A stretch of 64,000 bases of DNA from Acidimicrobiales bacterium (GCA_035569695.1 DATMMO010000182.1:3284-67283); one strand, 5' to 3'; positions 9,584-18,837 are shown, counted from the first letter of the stretch. The notes: generated from the letters alone by a model not told the origin. A program made the numbers and translations.

Positions 9584-9602
9584 ATGAGTAGCGATTACTC
9601 AT
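9584..9602. promoter_or_regulatory. Second copy of the ATGAGTA-N5-TACTCAT inverted repeat
   Basis: Read directly: ATGAGTAGCGATTACTCAT. It lies 33 nt upstream of ATG 9550 and 69 nt upstream of the 9672 gene. Confidence 0.4.
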
Positions 9603-9671
9603 TTGGAGCCGTCGGCCCGGCCGCCTGCGGCCGAGGGATAGGGGCGGACCGGAAGGGACCGGTGGCGTAGC

Positions 9672-9875
9672 GTGGAGGCCATGACCGATGAACCGGACCT
9701 CGGTGATGCCGAGGGCAAGTGGTACTACTGCTTCAAGCACAAGAAGGTCGAAACGCTGGACGATTGCCACCAGATGGATCGCATGGGTCCGTACCAGACC
9801 AAAGAGGACGCCGAGCACTGGCGGGAGCACGTGGCCGAGCGCAACAAGGAATGGGACGACGACGACGACGAGTAG
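9672..9875 (+). CDS. Small acidic-tailed hypothetical protein (KWYYC..H..VE motif)
   Basis: 67-aa ORF (GTG 9672, or ATG 9681). GKWYYCFKHKKVE...GPYQTKEDAEHW, then a DDDDDE tail. Codon usage looks native. Confidence 0.55.
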   Translation: MEAMTDEPDLGDAEGKWYYCFKHKKVETLDDCHQMDRMGPYQTKEDAEHWREHVAERNKEWDDDDDE

Positions 9876-9923
9876 GCCGAGCCTTGTCGACCGGCCTCAG
9901 TCTGCTGCTCGTTTCCGGTGCCC

Positions 9924-10703
9924 TCACCGGCAGGCTTGCAGGACCACCGGGCTCTTCTCGCCGACCAGGACGAGGTTGATGGCTTGGCGCATCTGGTCAG
10001 GCTGCGCGTGCACACCGAAGCCATAGGGCTGATCGAGGCTGGCTAGAACGGCCACGACCACGGTCATGAGCAAAGCCACGGTGGCGAGCGACCAGATCCG
10101 CCCGGGTCGGCGGGTGGCGTAGTGGCCGGCGAGTAGGAAGAAGACGAGAAAGGCACCAACGTAGATCACCAGCCACAAGGCAGGAGGAATCCGGGGCTGG
10201 GTGAAGAACAGCAGACGTTGCCGGGAGGCGCTGGCGTCGCTGACGATCGAGTTGGCTCGCCCATAGGCTGATCCCTGCACCGCATTGGTGTCGGGAAGGT
10301 TGCGGAGGGCGGCGCGAAGCTGATCACCGAACCCGAGCGTGGTCGGCGCCTCCAATTGGCTGCCTCGCTCCATCGCCGGCCACTCGTCCTGGACGATCGA
10401 CCGCATGTAGCAGACGAGGTCGTGGCGAATGGGATCGCTGGTCTGGGCCGGGTAGACGCCCACCGTGTCATAGAGCGAGACCAGCGAGCTCGCCTCCTGC
10501 TGAGACACGCTCTGGACATCGTTGTAGTGGCCTACGGCGAAGACGACCAAGAGACCCAACAACAATCCATAGGACGCCCCGACAAAGGTCAACGCCGACT
10601 GATATTCCGGCGCCTCCTCGGATCTTCCTCTCCGGTGGAACACCACCGCCAGCGCCGTGCCAGCGCCGATCACCGCCCAGAGGATCAGCACATGGACGAT
10701 CAC
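9924..10703 (-). CDS. Integral membrane protein (DUF4239-like)
   Basis: Hydrophobic N-terminal helix, second helix YGLLLGLLVVFAVG, and two C-terminal helices (ALWLVIYVGAFLVFFLL, SLATVALLMTVVVAVLA) around a soluble middle. Confidence 0.55.
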   Translation of the reverse strand: MIVHVLILWAVIGAGTALAVVFHRRGRSEEAPEYQSALTFVGASYGLLLGLLVVFAVGHYNDVQSVSQQEASSLVSLYDTVGVYPAQTSDPIRHDLVCYMRSIVQDEWPAMERGSQLEAPTTLGFGDQLRAALRNLPDTNAVQGSAYGRANSIVSDASASRQRLLFFTQPRIPPALWLVIYVGAFLVFFLLAGHYATRRPGRIWSLATVALLMTVVVAVLASLDQPYGFGVHAQPDQMRQAINLVLVGEKSPVVLQACR

Positions 10704-10907
10704 CGATGGACCTGATGGACCACGCGTGGACCTGCTGGATGGCTAGGCCAGGCCGACGGGGTCGCGGCAGTCCGGTCGCCGGTGGGGCCGCCGAACAATG
10801 CACTGCGCTGGGGTCCCCCGGCCACGTCAATGGAGCGTACTCGACGGGCCTGGGATCAGGGCGGGTGCGCCTCGCCATGTCGCCGGCTTACACCTGCGCA
10901 GATGTGC

Positions 10908-12302
10908 TTAGAACGCCGGACGTCCATCTCTTGCCTCCGAATACTCCAAGAGGCGCCCGAACCGTCTCCGGACATCGGTCAAGTCATTGGCCTCCGGTAC
11001 CGTCTCCTCGGCGACCCGCATGACCATTTCCGCTTGCCGGAGGAGGACGGCATGCTGGGATTCGCTCTTCGCGTTCCTATCAATGACGAGGATGGCGTCC
11101 ATCAACCTGATGAGGACGGCTGGCATTCCCCGTGCCGCTTGACGGATCTTGTCGAAGGAACGGTTCACCATCCGCTCATAGCTGGGATCGAATTCGACCA
11201 GGCGAATCCTTCCGCTTGGACCCCGGTAAACGCCCTTCTCCAGTGCTCGGCCGGAGATCTCCGACAACCCGGCCGAGATCCAATCGATACACGTAAGCGC
11301 AGTGAACGTGTCGTTGACCGCGGGAGACAAAGCCCGAATGGCGATCTCCACCAATTGGTCAATGGCGAAGACCGGATCCTGGGTCAAGGTGCGGTGAGGC
11401 CCGGTGACATGGGCCTTCTTCAGGGCTGCCGCCACCTGACCTGCGGCCCCCGCGGGCCACACCGTCGCCAATGGGCTGTCAGCAACCACGAAGTGGCCAG
11501 GGCGGTACTCGAGACTGATCACCGCATCCAAGGTCTCGGCAATGGCGATGAGCTCACCGAACCCCACGAATTGCAGGTAGCCGCTCTGGGTGGCCGTGAC
11601 CTCCGCACCCCGGCTCAGGTTGGCCGCCACCTCGTCCGGGAGCGTCGATGAATCGTCTTCGATATCGGCCCCTGAGTGTCGTCGCTGCGGGAACTCGGCC
11701 TCGATGGCCCGATCGAGATCGCGGGCGATGCTGGCGATCACTTCCGGCAACTGAATCGACTTGGCGATGTGGTGGATGAAGTAGATGAGAACAACCAAGT
11801 CGACGAGGAGCAGGCCCTCGGCCACTGTGATCGTGAGATGCGGAACGAAATCACCGCCCGGAAGCCCGGTGATCGAACCGAGAGCCAACACCGAATAGAC
11901 GAAGGTGGCGACGAAGACCCCGAGGGTTACCTGAGTGCCCAAGTCGCGAATGAAATTTCGCATCATTCGCGGACCGAACTGTTGCGATGCAAGCGTGAGG
12001 GCCAAAATCGTGATCGAGAACACCACGCCCACCGTGGTGATGATGGCGGCGGCGATGGCAATCAGTACTTGACGCCCAGCGTCGGCACTGCCCGTCCTCA
12101 CCCACGTGGGCAACGTCAGGCGGTGATGAAACGCGGCCAGATCGATTTCGAAGGTGAGCACGAACAGCAATCCGGCAACCGCAATTAACAGCACCGGCAC
12201 CACCCACAACGTGGTCCTGAGAGCGTCCCATCGCCAACCCGGGAGCCTCAGCCTTCCTCGACTTCTGTCCTGATATTCGGGATGTGCTGGTGGAACGGTC
12301 AT
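10908..12302 (-). CDS. DUF2254-like membrane protein
   Basis: The 3' 464 codons of the 661-aa ORF. Four N-terminal TM helices (LWVVPVLLIAVAGLLFVL, IAIAAAIITTVGVVFSITILAL...) followed by a soluble domain. ATG 12302. Confidence 0.7.
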   Translation of the reverse strand: MTVPPAHPEYQDRSRGRLRLPGWRWDALRTTLWVVPVLLIAVAGLLFVLTFEIDLAAFHHRLTLPTWVRTGSADAGRQVLIAIAAAIITTVGVVFSITILALTLASQQFGPRMMRNFIRDLGTQVTLGVFVATFVYSVLALGSITGLPGGDFVPHLTITVAEGLLLVDLVVLIYFIHHIAKSIQLPEVIASIARDLDRAIEAEFPQRRHSGADIEDDSSTLPDEVAANLSRGAEVTATQSGYLQFVGFGELIAIAETLDAVISLEYRPGHFVVADSPLATVWPAGAAGQVAAALKKAHVTGPHRTLTQDPVFAIDQLVEIAIRALSPAVNDTFTALTCIDWISAGLSEISGRALEKGVYRGPSGRIRLVEFDPSYERMVNRSFDKIRQAARGMPAVLIRLMDAILVIDRNAKSESQHAVLLRQAEMVMRVAEETVPEANDLTDVRRRFGRLLEYSEARDGRPAF

Positions 12303-12372
12303 GCGCTCCTCGCGTGAGCGGCGGGAACCATACTCAGCTCTGCATCGGCCGGCGCTGCGAACGCCAGGCAGA

Positions 12373-12795
12373 ATGTATCGCGTGCCCACCACTCGCCAGA
12401 GCATCATCGTCGGTGGCGCCAGCCGCATGTAGCTCTTGGCCGAACCGGCCAGTCCGGCGACCGCCGTGGTGCTCAGCCTCCACGGGACCCGATCGACGGC
12501 CAACCAGCAGGCGCGCCTCAGTCGCATGGAGACCTGGGCGGACGAGCACGGTGTCGTCGTCGCCTTTCCCGAGGCCGTGCTGCCGGGCGGGACCGGGTAC
12601 CAGTGGGATCCGGCGACCGACATGCCATTTCTCGTCCAGCTGGCGGAGAGGTTGATCGAGAGGCACCACCCGCCGGCCAACCGGATCTGCATGACGGGTA
12701 TGTCCGGCGGGGCGCGCATGTCTTGTTGGTCGCGGCCGATCGGGCCGACCTGGTGAGCTGAGTCGGCGCCGTCGCCGGCCTGCGGGCGGTCGCCG
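12373..12795 (+). pseudogene. Disrupted PHB-depolymerase/LpqC-type esterase
   Basis: Family-like ...IIVGGASRM*LLAEP..AVVLSLHG...VVVAFPE...GYQWD...ICMTGMSGGARMS. In-frame TAG at 12430-12432. The expected continuation LLVAADRADLVS*VGAVAGLRA is in another frame and carries a TGA at 12759-12761. The 3' part is replaced by IS-derived sequence. Confidence 0.6.
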
Positions 12796-12807
12796 AGCGC
12801 TCGCCCA

Positions 12808-12966
12808 GAGCCGACACAACGTTCCTTACGGACTCTGGAGTGGATCGACCGGCACGAGAACCTGGTCGTCTGCGGGCCGAGTGGGACCGGCAAGACGCAC
12901 TTCTTAGAAGCGATCGGCCAGAGTGCGATCGACGCCGGTCACCACGTGAGCTGGTTGAGCCTCTAG
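12808..12966 (+). mobile_element. Internal fragment of an IS21-family IstB helper ATPase gene (remnant)
   Basis: Translation ...SLRTLEWIDRHENLVVCGPSGTGKTHFLEAIGQSAIDAGHHVSWLSL* contains the IstB Walker A region. It has no start, no IstA and no inverted repeats, so it is a scar rather than an active IS. Confidence 0.6.
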
Positions 12967-13093
12967 AGGCCACGACTGGGCAGTTCTGTTTGCCATCCCT
13001 GGGCAGAAACCACTAGCCATTAACGCCTGTTCCTGCGGTTGTCATTGTTCGTTAAGCGCTGTATTGTCCTCGGGACCGACGAGGGGGGCTCTT

Positions 13094-13582
13094 ATGTGGC
13101 GGTATAGGTCGTGTGTCTGCGCTGGGATCGTCGCCTTCATTTTCGTCCTCGGGGCCTGGGGCTGGGGATCACAGTCCAGCTCCGCATCACAGCCAAACGA
13201 ATACGGGAACGTCTGCGAGGCGACGGTCGAGCAGGGCTCGGGTGTGACGAAAATCGCACTCAAGCACGCAGAGAAGAAGGCGGAGGATACGTGGTTCGAC
13301 TACCCCAAATTCGCGTGGTCCAGCTGGTGGTTTGGGACAATAGGAGGTTTCTTCCGCGGCTGTTCGAACGCAATCACATTCGTCGCCGGCGGACAGCGCT
13401 CCGACCAGGCCATTATCGGGGTCCGCATCGCCAACCCCTTTGGTGCCTCGGGTGACGTCGTGGCCGATTGTCGCGTCCTCTACGCCCAGGGCGTTGGCAC
13501 GTTTACCTGTCAACGGACCTCTTTGACGAACGAATACGGCCGGTTAACCGTCGATTTCAAGCTCACTCACACTGGTCCTTGA
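13094..13582 (+). CDS. Orphan secreted/membrane-anchored hypothetical protein in lower-GC DNA
   Basis: MWRYRSCVCAGIVAFIFVLGAWGWG signal/anchor. GAGGGGGG Shine-Dalgarno before ATG 13094. Several Cys residues. No family recognised. Confidence 0.5.
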   Translation: MWRYRSCVCAGIVAFIFVLGAWGWGSQSSSASQPNEYGNVCEATVEQGSGVTKIALKHAEKKAEDTWFDYPKFAWSSWWFGTIGGFFRGCSNAITFVAGGQRSDQAIIGVRIANPFGASGDVVADCRVLYAQGVGTFTCQRTSLTNEYGRLTVDFKLTHTGP

Positions 13583-13957
13583 AAGCCTCGCAAAGGCAGG
13601 CTGGTTATTGAGGACACTCCTGTCGGTTCCTAGCGAGTAGCTACTTGTCCCGGGCCATGGCTTGGGCAGGTCGTCTGTTGAGAAGGACTCCCAAGCGGCA
13701 CATAGCTCCGGGCGGCAGGCCTCGCCTCAAGTCTGGGGAAGCACCTCGGTAGTCGGCGATCTGTCTGCGCGTTCAACAGGCTGGGAAGTGACCGGAGTTA
13801 ATTAGCTTCTCTTTTTTTTGTCGGAGTGCAGCGCGAACTACCGCGAGGTGGTATTCGGCGTGGATTCGCATGTCGGCACCATCCCTACTCCAGCCCAACA
13901 CCAGGTCGGAGTAGCAGCGCTGATGACGAGTCGGCAGGCAGTTCGCGGCGACGCTGC

Positions 13958-15040
13958 TTAGCGATGTGAGATGCCATCTTTCTTGGGAGCCATTTCGTTG
14001 GTTCCCCGTTTGTCCGAGGGGATCCCCGGCCCGACAACCCCATCCCTGAGCAGCATTCGGCTTTGGAGTGTATAGAGAAGGCCGAAAGATGGGACGACCA
14101 AAACCACGGCGAGAACGGCCAGCACAATGACCGCCACGAGCGTCGCATGGGGAGCGCCGGCGTTGCTGAGTGTCACAGTCGTGCGGGGCAGGAGTACCGG
14201 ATACTGGGCCACTCCCCATCCCCAGATGACGCAGGCGACGCCGAGGGCGGCGATCACCCGGGCGACCATCACTCGGTGTGCCGCCAGCAGAGCGAGAACA
14301 GCCAGCCCGCAGACGCCCGCCACGACCACGAGTGGCAACGCCCTACCGGTCAGCCGTGCGTAGAGCACGAGGTTTGAGCGGTTGAGCTCGGCCAGGGTGG
14401 CCAGCGACAGTGCTCCGGCCACGAGGGCCGCAACCTGAGCGCGCCGGGCAAAATAGGTCTGGAGCGATCGTTCGGAGCGACGCGCCGCCTCTCCGGTCAG
14501 GTAGACAGCCGCCAGGTAGCCGCAGGCGCTGACGAACAGGAATCCAATGAGGATCGACGTCGGGCTGGTCCAAGCACTGACGCTGGCCTGGCTCGCCTGG
14601 GCCGGGATGGCGCCGGTGGCGATGGCGCCGATCACGGTGCCCATGAAGAATGGGGTGACCAGCGACGAGAAGGCAAACGTGGCGCCGGCAGCACGCTCCA
14701 GACCGGGCCGTGAAATCTCTTTGCGGAAGGCGAAACCTGAGCCTCGCAGGACGATCCCGGCTAGCGCCAGCCACAGGGGTAGCGCGGCCACGGTCATGAC
14801 CGAGGCAAAGGCGTGCGGGAACGCGGTCCAGAAGATGACCAGATCGAAGACCAGCCAGACGTGGTTGGCCTCCCATATCGGTGTGATGGATTCATCGATG
14901 AGCTGGCGCGGCGCTCGCCCTCGCTGGTCACCTCCGGCCAGGAGGTCCCACAGGCCGCCACCGAAGTCGGCGCCGCCCAGTACGGCGTACAAGGTCACCG
15001 AGGCGAGCAGGATGGCTCCCACCGTCGCCGCCGCCATCAC
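13958..15040 (-). CDS. cydB: Cytochrome bd ubiquinol oxidase subunit II
   Basis: LYAVLGGADFGGGLWDL...PIWEANHVWLV signature. ATGA overlap with the cydA stop. The last roughly 25 codons lie in lower-GC DNA. Confidence 0.9.
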   Translation of the reverse strand: MMAAATVGAILLASVTLYAVLGGADFGGGLWDLLAGGDQRGRAPRQLIDESITPIWEANHVWLVFDLVIFWTAFPHAFASVMTVAALPLWLALAGIVLRGSGFAFRKEISRPGLERAAGATFAFSSLVTPFFMGTVIGAIATGAIPAQASQASVSAWTSPTSILIGFLFVSACGYLAAVYLTGEAARRSERSLQTYFARRAQVAALVAGALSLATLAELNRSNLVLYARLTGRALPLVVVAGVCGLAVLALLAAHRVMVARVIAALGVACVIWGWGVAQYPVLLPRTTVTLSNAGAPHATLVAVIVLAVLAVVLVVPSFGLLYTLQSRMLLRDGVVGPGIPSDKRGTNEMAPKKDGISHR

Positions 15041-16420
15041 GTCCCTACCTGACCGACGAGACGATCCTGTGGTCCATAGGGAACGGCGACCTCCTCGAGG
15101 TCACTGCGTCGCCACCGTCGCGAGAGCATTCGCAGGATGAGGATCGTCGCCGTCCCCAGTAGTGCGTACAACACGATGACGATGCTGAGACTGGTAACGA
15201 CGCCGCCGTTGGTGGTTGACGCGGCAGCGGTGGTCTGAAGCCGGTAGACCACCCAGGGCTGGCGGCCAACCTCGGTAACCACCCAGCCGCTCTCCATGGC
15301 CACGATGGCGGCGAGACCGCTGACTGCGCCGGCCATCCAGAAGAGGCGCTGCCGGGGCAGACGGCGGTGCCGCCACCACGCATAGGCCGCCCACAGCCCG
15401 GCCAGCAAGAGCAGAGTCCCGAGCCCCACCATGACGTCGAAGCACAGGTGGATGAGCCAGGGGACAGGAGGGCGGTCTACAGCTGGGACGCTGTCCCAGC
15501 CGATGACCTTTGTCCCAGGACTGAAGCCGACCAGGAGCGAGTCCAAGTCAGGGATCTTCAGGCCCCCATAGATGTGGCCGCCGGAGAGGACCCCGCCGAA
15601 CCACTCCGGGACATGCGTGGAGGTGCGAGCGACATACTCCATCGAGGCGAACTTCACAGGCTGGTCCTGGGCTATGGCCCGGGCCGCGGTGTCGCCGACG
15701 AAGATTTGGAACGGAGTGAGCACCGCGGCCGGAACAAATCCGAGGGCGAAGCCGGTGTAGTGGTAGCGATCATGCCGGCCACGCAGGATGCCGGCGGCGT
15801 ACACCCCGGCGACGAGGAATCCGGTGACCATGTAGGCGGCAAGAATCATGTGCGGCATCTCGTAGGGAGCGGCGTGGTTGAAAAACACTTGCCACGGGTC
15901 GACTGACGTGATGCGGCCACCGCGCTCGGTGAAACCGCCCGGCTGGTTCATCCGAGTTGACCGCGACCACCGACATGGCGCCGAAGATCCCGCTCAGGGC
16001 AATCGGGATCCCGGTCGCAAAATGCGTCCAACCGGACAAGCGTCGCCAGCCATAGAGATAGATGGCGGTAAAGATCGCCTCCAGGAAGAAGAAGAGGCCT
16101 TCAATCCCGAACGGCAGCCCGAGAACAGCCCCGTAGCGCCGCATCAGCCCAGGCCACAACAGGCCCAACTCGAACGAGAGGACCGTGCCCGTGACCGCCC
16201 CGACCGCGACCAGCACGGCCATGGCCACGGACCAGCGCCGAGCGAGCCTCATGGCCGTTTCGTCGTGTCGCCGTATTCCGATGAACTCGGCCAGCAGCAC
16301 GATGGTGGGCAACGCGATCCCGAGGCAGGCCAAGATGATGTGGAACCCGAGGGTGGTCGCCATCTGAGCGCGTGCAGGCACCACCTCGCTGCTGACCTGT
16401 GCAGCAGCGATCAGCGTCAC
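15037..16420 (-). pseudogene. cydA: Cytochrome bd ubiquinol oxidase subunit I, split by a frameshift near 15950-15955
   Basis: ORF 15770-16420 reads as CydA up to ...MSVVAVNS and then diverges. ORF 15037-15951 resumes with MNQPGGF... in another frame. Together they give the conserved ..NS(W)MNQPxGF junction with the Trp missing. Confidence 0.85.
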
Positions 16421-16473
16421 GTCGCCGGCGCCCTCACGTCCTCATTCCCCGCCCGCTGGGCTCATACCTCTGT

Positions 16474-18837
16474 TCATGAGAGGTCCTTGGTGACCGACGG
16501 GGTGATTTCTACGTTGAGGTGCTTGGTCACCGGCTGCTCGCTCTGCGAGCTGACGTCGGCGATGCCGCAGAGGACGTTCAGTTCCGGCATGTAGCCGGCG
16601 GCGCAACCGGGTGGGACTTCGTAGCGGACAGCCCGATAGCCGAAGACCGTCCGCTCTGTACCGTCCTTGGAGAAGCTCTTGACATTGATGAGATCGAACT
16701 CCTCGATCCCTCGGTCGCTCATGTCGGTCGCGTTCATGAAGATGACCGTCCGCAGGCCCTGGAGGCCGCGGTAGCGGTCGTCGTTCGAGTAGATCGTGGT
16801 GTTGAACTGATCATGCGATCGGACCGTGGCGAGCACGATGCGACCGAGGCCCGGATCGACATCGTCGGGGAGGGGCGCGAGCGAGAATTCGGCCCGGCCC
16901 GAGGGCGTCTGAAAGATCCGCTCGCGTGCCGCCTGGCGAATGCGGAAGCCGTGTGGATGTCGGCTACGAGTGTTGAAGTCCTCGAAGCCATCGAGCACTC
17001 GGGCCATCGTGTCCCGGATGCGATCGTAGTTGTCCGCGTAGGACTCCCACGGTGTCGTGCTGGCGGGCAGAGTGGCGCGGGCCAGCCCGGCGAGGATCGA
17101 ACACTCCGAGCGGAGCTCCGGGGAGGCTGGCTCCTTCATCCCGAACGAGATGTGCACCATCGACATCGCATCCTCGACGGTGATCCCCTGTTCGCCGGAT
17201 GCCTGGCGGTCCTTCTCGGTGCGGCCAAGACACGGGAGGATAAGGGCACGCTTCCCGTGCACGACGTGGCTGCGATTGAGCTTCGTGCTGACCTGCACGG
17301 TCAGTTCGCACTTGCGAAGCGCCTCGGCCGTATAGGGAATATCCGGGGCGGCGAGGGCGAAATTGCCACCTAGGGCGACGAATGCCTTCATGTCGCCGCC
17401 ATGCATCGCCTCGATGGTGTCGACCGTGCCCAGTCCGTGCTCACGGGGTGGCTCGAAGCCGCAGACCTCTCCGAGCCGGTCGAGGAATGCAGTACTGGGA
17501 CGGTGGTCAATGCCACACGTACGGTTACCCTGCACGTTGCTGTGGCCGCGGATGGGGCAGGGTCCCGCACCCTCACGGCCGATATTGCCTCGCAGGAGCA
17601 GCAGGTTCACGATCTCCCGCACGGTGTCGACGCCGTGTTCGTGCTGGGTGACACCCAGACACCAGGCAATGATCACTCGCTGGGACTTCAGGTAGGAATC
17701 AGCGACCTTCCGAATGTCGGGCTCGGAGATACCGGAGTCAGTGACCAGCTTCGACCATGGCGTCGACGCCACGATCTCGGCGTAGCCCTCGAATCCATGC
17801 GTGTAGCGGTCGAGGAAGTCTCGGTCGAGCGCCTCGGGGTCCTGCTTCGCCGCCTCCAGCACCGCCTTGGCCACACCCCGCATCAAGGCCAGGTCGCCGC
17901 CCATCCTCACCTGCACGTTCATCGTCCCGATCCGCGTAGTGCGGAAGGTGGCCATGTCGACGAACTCGTGGGGCACGATCGTTCGCCTCGAGGCAGCTTC
18001 GATCAGCGGGTTGATGTGGACGAGTTGCGCACCTCGCCTGTCAGCGTCGGCCAGCGAGGTGAGCATGCGTGGTGCGTTGGTGGCGGCGTTGTCCCCGATC
18101 AGCCAGATCCCGTCTGCGGCCTCCCAGTCATGCAGATCCACCGTGCCCTTGCCCGTTCCGAGCGCTGCCGTCATCGCCCGGCCACTGGCCTCGTGACACA
18201 TATTCGAACAGTCCGGCAGGTTGTTGGTACCGAATTCGCGGACCCACAGCTGGTAGAGGAAGGTCGCCTCGTTGCTGAGCCGTCCGGACGTATAGAAGGC
18301 GGCCTGGTCTGGACTGTCCAGACCACGCAGGGTGTCGCCAACGAGCGCGAACGCGTCGGCCCAGGAGATGGGCTCGTACCTATCGGTCGCCGGGTTGTAG
18401 CTCAGCGGTTCGGCAATTCGCCCTGTCCTCTCCAGGTCGTAGTCGCTCCACCCCCCCAACTCGCTCACCGTGTGGGCGGCGAAGAACCGCCGGTCGGCAT
18501 CGGCGTCGGCGAGTTCCCAGGTGACGTGCTTGACCCCGTTCTCGCAGATGTCGAGATGGAGACCGTCCGGATCGTCCGGCCATGCGCAGCCTGGACAGTC
18601 AAAGCCGCCGTTCTGCTGGTTCATCTCGAAGATGGCCCGGAAGCCCTCGATCGGCTCCCCCGCCCGCTCGAGCACATGGGCCACGCTCCGCGCCGCACCC
18701 CACCCGGCGGCAGGATGGTGGTACTCGTGTCGCGAGTAGCCGCCCGGTCTCGGACCACGGCCAAGCGCTTGCTCGCCAGGGACTGCGCCGAGCATCCGCC
18801 GCTCTGCGTCCGGTGTCTCATCCGACGTCGATGCCAC
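16474..18837 (-). CDS. FdhF/YdeP-family molybdopterin oxidoreductase
   Basis: YHHPAAGWGA...NGGFDCPGCAWPD...ICENG N-terminal Fe-S/MopB signature, then a long MopB-like body. GTG 18837 is preceded by an AAAGGAG Shine-Dalgarno. The ORF extension to 19029 is probably not translated. Confidence 0.85.
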   Translation of the reverse strand: MASTSDETPDAERRMLGAVPGEQALGRGPRPGGYSRHEYHHPAAGWGAARSVAHVLERAGEPIEGFRAIFEMNQQNGGFDCPGCAWPDDPDGLHLDICENGVKHVTWELADADADRRFFAAHTVSELGGWSDYDLERTGRIAEPLSYNPATDRYEPISWADAFALVGDTLRGLDSPDQAAFYTSGRLSNEATFLYQLWVREFGTNNLPDCSNMCHEASGRAMTAALGTGKGTVDLHDWEAADGIWLIGDNAATNAPRMLTSLADADRRGAQLVHINPLIEAASRRTIVPHEFVDMATFRTTRIGTMNVQVRMGGDLALMRGVAKAVLEAAKQDPEALDRDFLDRYTHGFEGYAEIVASTPWSKLVTDSGISEPDIRKVADSYLKSQRVIIAWCLGVTQHEHGVDTVREIVNLLLLRGNIGREGAGPCPIRGHSNVQGNRTCGIDHRPSTAFLDRLGEVCGFEPPREHGLGTVDTIEAMHGGDMKAFVALGGNFALAAPDIPYTAEALRKCELTVQVSTKLNRSHVVHGKRALILPCLGRTEKDRQASGEQGITVEDAMSMVHISFGMKEPASPELRSECSILAGLARATLPASTTPWESYADNYDRIRDTMARVLDGFEDFNTRSRHPHGFRIRQAARERIFQTPSGRAEFSLAPLPDDVDPGLGRIVLATVRSHDQFNTTIYSNDDRYRGLQGLRTVIFMNATDMSDRGIEEFDLINVKSFSKDGTERTVFGYRAVRYEVPPGCAAGYMPELNVLCGIADVSSQSEQPVTKHLNVEITPSVTKDLS

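Noticed and set aside
12977-13024. The short direct repeat TGGGCAG...TGGGCAG after the IstB fragment, as a possible IS terminal repeat
   Set aside because: No matching inverted copy or target-site duplication could be found in the window, and it is too short to interpret. It is treated as part of the IS scar.
13790-13820. A T8 run (13812-13819) as an intrinsic terminator for the 13094-13582 gene
   Set aside because: The preceding sequence (GAAGTGACCGGAGTTAATTAGCTTC) forms only a weak 4-5-bp stem, and the site is more than 200 nt from the stop codon. It is kept only as a compositional marker of the lower-GC patch.
16474-18837. Possible selenocysteine (TGA) recoding in the FdhF/YdeP-family gene
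   Set aside because: The ORF is uninterrupted from GTG 18837 to its stop, so no in-frame TGA needs explaining.
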